A DNA stretch of 58,485 nt from an uncultured archaeon. GTDB lineage: Archaea > Asgardarchaeota > Lokiarchaeia > Sigyniarchaeales > SOKP01. This document shows positions 53,912 through 58,485 of the stretch, piece by piece (within the stretch, counting starts at the first letter, position 1; each line of letters begins with the position of its first letter). The notes under the pieces are model-generated. The model worked only from the letters and a program-made list of their open reading frames with translations, had not been told where the DNA came from and did no database searches. The translations under genes were made by a program, and so were the position numbers. Location of the stretch: the NCBI GenBank assembly GCA_964583985.1, contig CAZOYD010000012.1, forward strand, positions 1 to 58,485, written 5' to 3'.

Positions 53912-54490
53912 ATGAAAGAAACACAAAAAAAGTTATTTGCGGCGTATGTTGGAGAGAGTCAAGCAAGGAATCGATATACTTTCTTCTCCTCCATAGCAAA
54001 GAAGGAGGGGTATGTTTTTATTTCTAGGATATTTGAAGAAACTGCTAATCAAGAGAGGGAACATGGATTAAATTTCTATAAAATGTTCCAACAGTTCAAA
54101 GATAAGGATGGACCGTTCAATGTTTGTGAAGATTACCCCAGTACCTACGGTACAACTATGGAAAATTTAAAATCGGCTGTTGAAGGAGAAAACATGGAAT
54201 GGCAACATCTTTATCCTGATTTGGCAAAGACTGCTGAAAAAGAAGGATATCCCGATATTGCTAAAAGAACTAGAGCAATTGCGAGAGCTGAACAACACCA
54301 TTCTGAGCGGTATGGAAAATTGTTAAAGCTAGTCGGTGATGATGCTTTTTTCAAGCGTGGTAAGAAGATCGTGTGGGTGTGCCTTGAGTGTGGGTTTGAA
54401 ATTGAAATGGATGAGTTGCCAGAAAACTGGAAATGCCCAAGTTGTGATCATCCCAGACCATATTTCATAAAGAAATGTGAAGATTTTTAA
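53912..54490 (+). CDS. rbr: Rubrerythrin
   Basis: GESQARNRY, EREH, GENME, AEQHH, C-terminal CLECG...CPSC. Confidence 0.93.
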   Translation: MKETQKKLFAAYVGESQARNRYTFFSSIAKKEGYVFISRIFEETANQEREHGLNFYKMFQQFKDKDGPFNVCEDYPSTYGTTMENLKSAVEGENMEWQHLYPDLAKTAEKEGYPDIAKRTRAIARAEQHHSERYGKLLKLVGDDAFFKRGKKIVWVCLECGFEIEMDELPENWKCPSCDHPRPYFIKKCEDF

Positions 54491-54607
54491 AAAGTGATTT
54501 TTTTTTTTATTTTTCTCTCATTTATTATAAAATTTAAGCAAAATAATTAAATAAAAAGAAATCAATTTTTACAAGCTAAACATCCTAAAAGAAGGTTGTG
54601 AAGAATT

Positions 54608-55000
54608 ATGAAACAAAAAGAGATATATAAATGCAATGTTTGTGGTAAAGTAATAGAAATTCTCAATCCAGCAGCTCCCGAAACAATATGCTGTAGTCAA
54701 CCCATGAAATTACAAGAGGAAAAAACTGCTGATTGGAAGGGAGAAAAACACGTTCCTAAGATTACCATTGAGGGTAATAAAGTCACCGTTGATGTTGGAA
54801 TCTCGATGGGTACTCCTCATCCAATGACAGCAGAACATTATATCATGTGGATTGAACTAATCTGTAAAAATAATTGCTATAAACGACAAATGCTAGCACC
54901 TGGAATGCAACCGAAGGCGACTTTTGTTGTTGCGGATACCTCAAATTTAGTAGCACGTGAATATTGTAATTTACACGGGCTCTGGAAAGGAACAAAATAA
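54608..55000 (+). CDS. dfx: Desulfoferrodoxin (2Fe superoxide reductase)
   Basis: CNVCG...CC, EKHVP, HPM..EHYI, YCNLHGLW. Confidence 0.94.
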   Translation: MKQKEIYKCNVCGKVIEILNPAAPETICCSQPMKLQEEKTADWKGEKHVPKITIEGNKVTVDVGISMGTPHPMTAEHYIMWIELICKNNCYKRQMLAPGMQPKATFVVADTSNLVAREYCNLHGLWKGTK

Positions 55001-55041
55001 TTTTATAACTTTTTTTATTTTTTATTTTTATATTCAAATAG

Positions 55042-55551
55042 AATTCTAAAATCATATTAATCTATCTACAGATTTTTGTTAAAGGTTGTTTTATTGTAGG
55101 TATCATTGCTCTTTTTAGAGAAAATGTAGACTTTTTGACTTATAGTATTGGAGCGATGTTATTTGCGGCTACTGCTACGGTTTTTTTTTCTCCTGAAGTA
55201 ATTACTATGGAGGATTTTTTTCTTGCAATTAACTGGGAAGTCATATTTTTCTTAATTTCTATGTTTGCAATTGTTGCTATACTAGAAGAAAATCAAGTAT
55301 TTCAAGAAATAGCGAGAAGGATTACCAATAGATTTTCTACGAACACAAGACAATTCTTTTGGGTAATTTGTCTTATATCAACAATAAGTGCCGCTTTTAT
55401 TGAAGATATTTCTGTAGCGATTATTTTTATTCCAATTATCATTAAAACAGGTGAAAAAATGAAAATTAATCCCACTCCAATCCTACTAACTCTGTTGCAG
55501 TATGTAGCTTGTAATTCACTACTTTTTAATACAAAAAAAAAAGAAATATAA
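55042..55551 (+). pseudogene. Truncated ArsB/NhaD/SLC13-type transporter (N-terminal portion only)
   Basis: INWEVIFFLISMFAIV, ISAAFIEDISVAIIFIPI, INPTPILL, then the frame ends within ~20 codons; family members have ~10-12 TM helices. Confidence 0.6.
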
Positions 55552-55567
55552 GTTTTTAAGGATAATT

Positions 55568-56749
55568 TTAAGCTCTATCCCTTTTGAACACGCTTGGCAT
55601 AGCATGTTTATAGCCCTTAAGTGCAAAGCGAGATATGACAATTCTTTGTATTTCACTCGTACCTTCATAAATTTGGTAGAGTTTTGCATCTCGGAAGAGT
55701 TTTTCAACGGGATATGTTCGAAGATAACCATACCCCCCATATACTTGAATTGCCTCGGTAGTGACCCTCATAGCAACGTCAGAAGCAAAGGCTTTGGCAA
55801 CTGCAGAACTCATGTTATTATCTAAACCTTGGTCTGCCTCCCAAGCTGCTTTATATGTCAATAACCTTGCTGCTTCAATATCCTTGTACATATCTGCGAT
55901 CTTAGCTGCGATTACTTGATAATTACTAATTGGTCTACCAAAAGCTTCCCTTTTTTGAGCATAATCAATAGAATATTCCATGGCTGAGCGAGCACACCCT
56001 ACTGCGAATGCTCCTATAGCCGGTCTCGTATGGGCAAAAGTTTGCATTGCCACCACAAAACCTCTCCCTGGTTTTGCTAATACATTCTCTTTCGGGACTC
56101 TCACATTTTTAAGAGATATAGCAACTGTATTTGAGGCTCTTTGGCCGAGTTTAGGAATATGTTTCCCAAGTCTCACACCTTCCGTTTTAGTTTCAACTAT
56201 GAAAGCTGCAATACCATTATGCTTTTTCTCTGGATCTGCTGTAGCAAAGACCGTAATATAATCTGCGAATCCACCATTTGTAATCCAAAATTTAGCACCA
56301 TTAAGGATATAATCTTCACCATCTTTTTCTGCTCTGCACTTCATTCCAGCAACATCTGAACCCATTGTGGGTTCTGACGTAGCAAATGCTATTAGTTTAA
56401 ATTCATTCGTGAGTTCTCGTAATATTCGAGATTTTTGTTCTTCATTACCCCCAATGATTATTGGTTCTGCCCCAAGGTTATTATCAAAAATTGAGGTTGC
56501 CATACCAGGACAAGCTGAAGATATTTCTTCTACAACGATGCATGCTTCAATTAATCCAAATCCATGACCTCCATATTGTTTAGGTATCCCCAAATTCAAT
56601 AATCCTTGTTCCCAGGCTTTCTTTATCACGGGCATGGGAAATTCTTCAGATTCATCATACTTCTGTGCAACCGGAAGGACTTCATTTATTGCAAAATCTC
56701 GTGCTTTTTGTTGAAGAGCTTTTTGTTCTTCGGTTAATGCAAAATCCAT
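55568..56749 (-). CDS. Acyl-CoA dehydrogenase
   Basis: AFATSEPTMGSD, LNGAKFWITNG, KLGQRAS, REAFGRPI, QVYGGYGY, IYEGTSEIQR. Confidence 0.95.
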   Translation of the reverse strand: MDFALTEEQKALQQKARDFAINEVLPVAQKYDESEEFPMPVIKKAWEQGLLNLGIPKQYGGHGFGLIEACIVVEEISSACPGMATSIFDNNLGAEPIIIGGNEEQKSRILRELTNEFKLIAFATSEPTMGSDVAGMKCRAEKDGEDYILNGAKFWITNGGFADYITVFATADPEKKHNGIAAFIVETKTEGVRLGKHIPKLGQRASNTVAISLKNVRVPKENVLAKPGRGFVVAMQTFAHTRPAIGAFAVGCARSAMEYSIDYAQKREAFGRPISNYQVIAAKIADMYKDIEAARLLTYKAAWEADQGLDNNMSSAVAKAFASDVAMRVTTEAIQVYGGYGYLRTYPVEKLFRDAKLYQIYEGTSEIQRIVISRFALKGYKHAMPSVFKRDRA

Positions 56750-56753
56750 GGGT

Positions 56754-57965
56754 TCACACCTCCATTTTTTTGACTAACTTATCCACGATATCCTTGAAGT
56801 TTAATTCATTAGGTTTTGGGACAAACTGGATTTCAATTGCATCATCCAGCATCGCAATTCCCGTGGCTTCCATTTCACTGATTATAGCTCTTACGGCTCC
56901 TTTACTCCATCCATATGATCCAAAAGCTAACCCAACCTTGTTCATTGGTTTTAATCCTTTCTGATAACATAGATATTCTGCAACAGAAGGGAATAGACCC
57001 CTATTTAAAGTAGGACTTCCTACTAATATTGCTTTGGCTTTCATTGCTTCAGTTATGACATCACTGTAATCCGATGCAGTCAAATTGAATCTTTTTACAG
57101 GAATTCCCCTGCGCCAAATCTCATGATATAATTCTTTTGCTATTTTGGTTGTACTTTCCCACATACTATCATAGATTATCACCGCACTATTTTCCTTAAT
57201 TTCTCCATGTGACCACCTTGTATAAGCTTCTATAATGTCCGGGATATGCTTTCTCCAGCATACTCCGTGTGATGGACAAATTATATCTATTGGAAGGGCT
57301 CCAACAACGGGGAGAGTCTTGGCAATTAAATTTGATAAATGAAGCAAAATATTCGCATAATACTTTTCAGCTTCCCACATTATTTCTGAAAATTCGTTCT
57401 CATCATCCCAATGTTTTGATGTCGCAAAATGTTGCCCAAAAGCATCATTGGAAAATAAAACATTCTTCCCATTTTCATCAGTCATAAAAGAAACCATTGA
57501 ATCAGGCCAATGGATCATCGGAATAGGAATGAAAGTAAAAACCTTACCATTTCTCACATCTAGTTGATCCCCATTTTTAACTGCCCGTATTTTTTCAAAA
57601 ACACTTTTATCTACTTCCTCGTGATAATGTTGTTCTAAAATTTCAACCCCCTTTGTCGATGCTATGAGCTCAGCATTAGGTAAATATTCTAATATTAATG
57701 GAAAAGAACCCGAATGATCTGGTTCAATATGATTTATGATAAAATAGTCAATATCTTTTGGATCACATACCATTTGAATGTTTTTTAAAAAATACTTGAA
57801 GTATGGTCTTTTAACGGTATCGATTAGTACATACTTATCTCCAGTCTTTACCAGATATGCATTATAAGAAGATCCTTTATGCGTCGAATACCCGTGGAAA
57901 TTTCTAACTTCCCAATCCACATATCCCACGTAAAACACATCTTTCATGATTTCCAATTCATTCAT
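56754..57965 (-). CDS. fprA: Class A flavodiiron protein
   Basis: NHIEPDHSG, HWPD, SNDAFG, PSHG; flavodoxin domain SMWEST, GSPT, FGSYGW. Confidence 0.93.
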   Translation of the reverse strand: MNELEIMKDVFYVGYVDWEVRNFHGYSTHKGSSYNAYLVKTGDKYVLIDTVKRPYFKYFLKNIQMVCDPKDIDYFIINHIEPDHSGSFPLILEYLPNAELIASTKGVEILEQHYHEEVDKSVFEKIRAVKNGDQLDVRNGKVFTFIPIPMIHWPDSMVSFMTDENGKNVLFSNDAFGQHFATSKHWDDENEFSEIMWEAEKYYANILLHLSNLIAKTLPVVGALPIDIICPSHGVCWRKHIPDIIEAYTRWSHGEIKENSAVIIYDSMWESTTKIAKELYHEIWRRGIPVKRFNLTASDYSDVITEAMKAKAILVGSPTLNRGLFPSVAEYLCYQKGLKPMNKVGLAFGSYGWSKGAVRAIISEMEATGIAMLDDAIEIQFVPKPNELNFKDIVDKLVKKMEV

Positions 57966-58142
57966 TTTAATTTACACCCTTTTTTAATTGTATTTTATAA
58001 TATGTATAAAAATTGTATTATCATTATAAATTTAATTTCTATTTTTTAGAACTTTACCAGAAGACTAAGAATTATAATGGAATTAAAAGGTTTTAATAAA
58101 AAAATTAAAAAAATAAAAAAAGTAGTAATAAATGGTTTGTTC

Positions 58143-58309
58143 TTAGATTTTATTAAAGAAACTTTTATCGACCCCGCATACCAGATTAAATACTGAAAAA
58201 ATATTTAATTTACCGGGCATACCCAATCATCGGGGAGGTCTTCCCATTTTGTTCCTTCGACATCCTCGTCATAAACATATCCGCAAGCTGAACATTCATA
58301 TTTCGAAAT
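58143..58309 (-). CDS. Rubredoxin, split gene: exon 1 58309-58211 (probable ATT start), exon 2 58178-58143
   Basis: Spliced product (M)[32 protein letters not shown]|[11 protein letters not shown] has both CxxC motifs; upstream of fprA; SD AGGTGA. Confidence 0.9.
58179..58210 (-). other. Putative 32-nt canonical BHB intron in rubredoxin mRNA
   Basis: Sense AATTAAATATTTTTTCAGTATTTAATCTGGTA; central helix CCGG/CUGG, bulges UA|A and UA|U, 9-10-bp inner stem, outer UGC/GCG; carries an in-frame TAA and shifts the frame. Confidence 0.9.
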
Positions 58310-58353
58310 TATATTTCACCTTAAATTTAGTTGAAATTTTATTATTGATGGAT

Positions 58354-58368
58354 TTGGTAATTTACCAA
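58354..58368. promoter_or_regulatory. Palindrome TTGGTAA-T-TTACCAA upstream of rubredoxin (putative operator)
   Basis: Perfect 7-1-7 inverted repeat about 45 nt upstream of the start. Confidence 0.4.
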
Positions 58369-58407
58369 TTAATAAAAACATTAATTTAATACTTTATAAA
58401 TATCTTC

Positions 58408-58485
58408 TCAACAAGGTCGATGTAAAACTCTTCCGGGTGACTTTTTATTTTTTTTTCCATTTTGAACCACAATTACTCCATTCAC
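58408..58485 (-). CDS. C-terminal end of an amidohydrolase (D-aminoacylase/dihydroorotase-like), partial
   Basis: VNGVIVVQNGKKNKKSPGRVLHRPC* matches the VNG....G......PGRVL terminal strand motif. Confidence 0.6.
   Translation of the reverse strand: MNGVIVVQNGKKNKKSPGRVLHRPC

Noticed and set aside
55490-55551. Transporter truncation caused by a BHB intron
   Set aside because: There is no second exon: the convergent acyl-CoA dehydrogenase gene ends at 55568

Overview
AT-rich archaeal chromosomal segment, very probably from an Asgard archaeon (Lokiarchaeia-like). The assignment rests on several eukaryotic-signature-type genes (divergent actin-related protein, gelsolin-domain protein, roadblock, longin, MglA-like small GTPase), archaeal AsnRS, PdaD, DHS and CofE, TATA/BRE promoters and intron-containing tRNAs. 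The window also holds gyrBA, a DEAD-box helicase, an N6-adenine DNA methylase, a GH3 glycosidase, Nnr, flavoenzymes, a TusA-DsrE-IscS-IscU operon and an oxidative-stress/sulfur block (CoADR-rhodanese, rubrerythrin, desulfoferrodoxin, FprA, rubredoxin). The main result is that two protein-coding genes are interrupted by short stop-containing inserts that fold into tRNA-type bulge-helix-bulge (BHB) motifs: 33 nt in gyrB (6437-6469) and 32 nt in a rubredoxin gene absent from the ORF track (58179-58210). Cutting at the canonical BHB positions restores the conserved motifs exactly (GLDGV|RKRP and CPV|CG). Two tRNAs in the window carry similar-sized (30-32 nt) introns at non-canonical positions. Together these suggest tRNA-endonuclease-dependent mRNA splicing. 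Other observations: probable AUU start codons, a 34-aa acidic Trp-repeat microprotein, a ~130-nt structured intergenic RNA, an ARP operon with apparent pseudoenzymes, and an IscS lacking its PLP lysine. All calls come from reading the sequence by eye; no searches were run.
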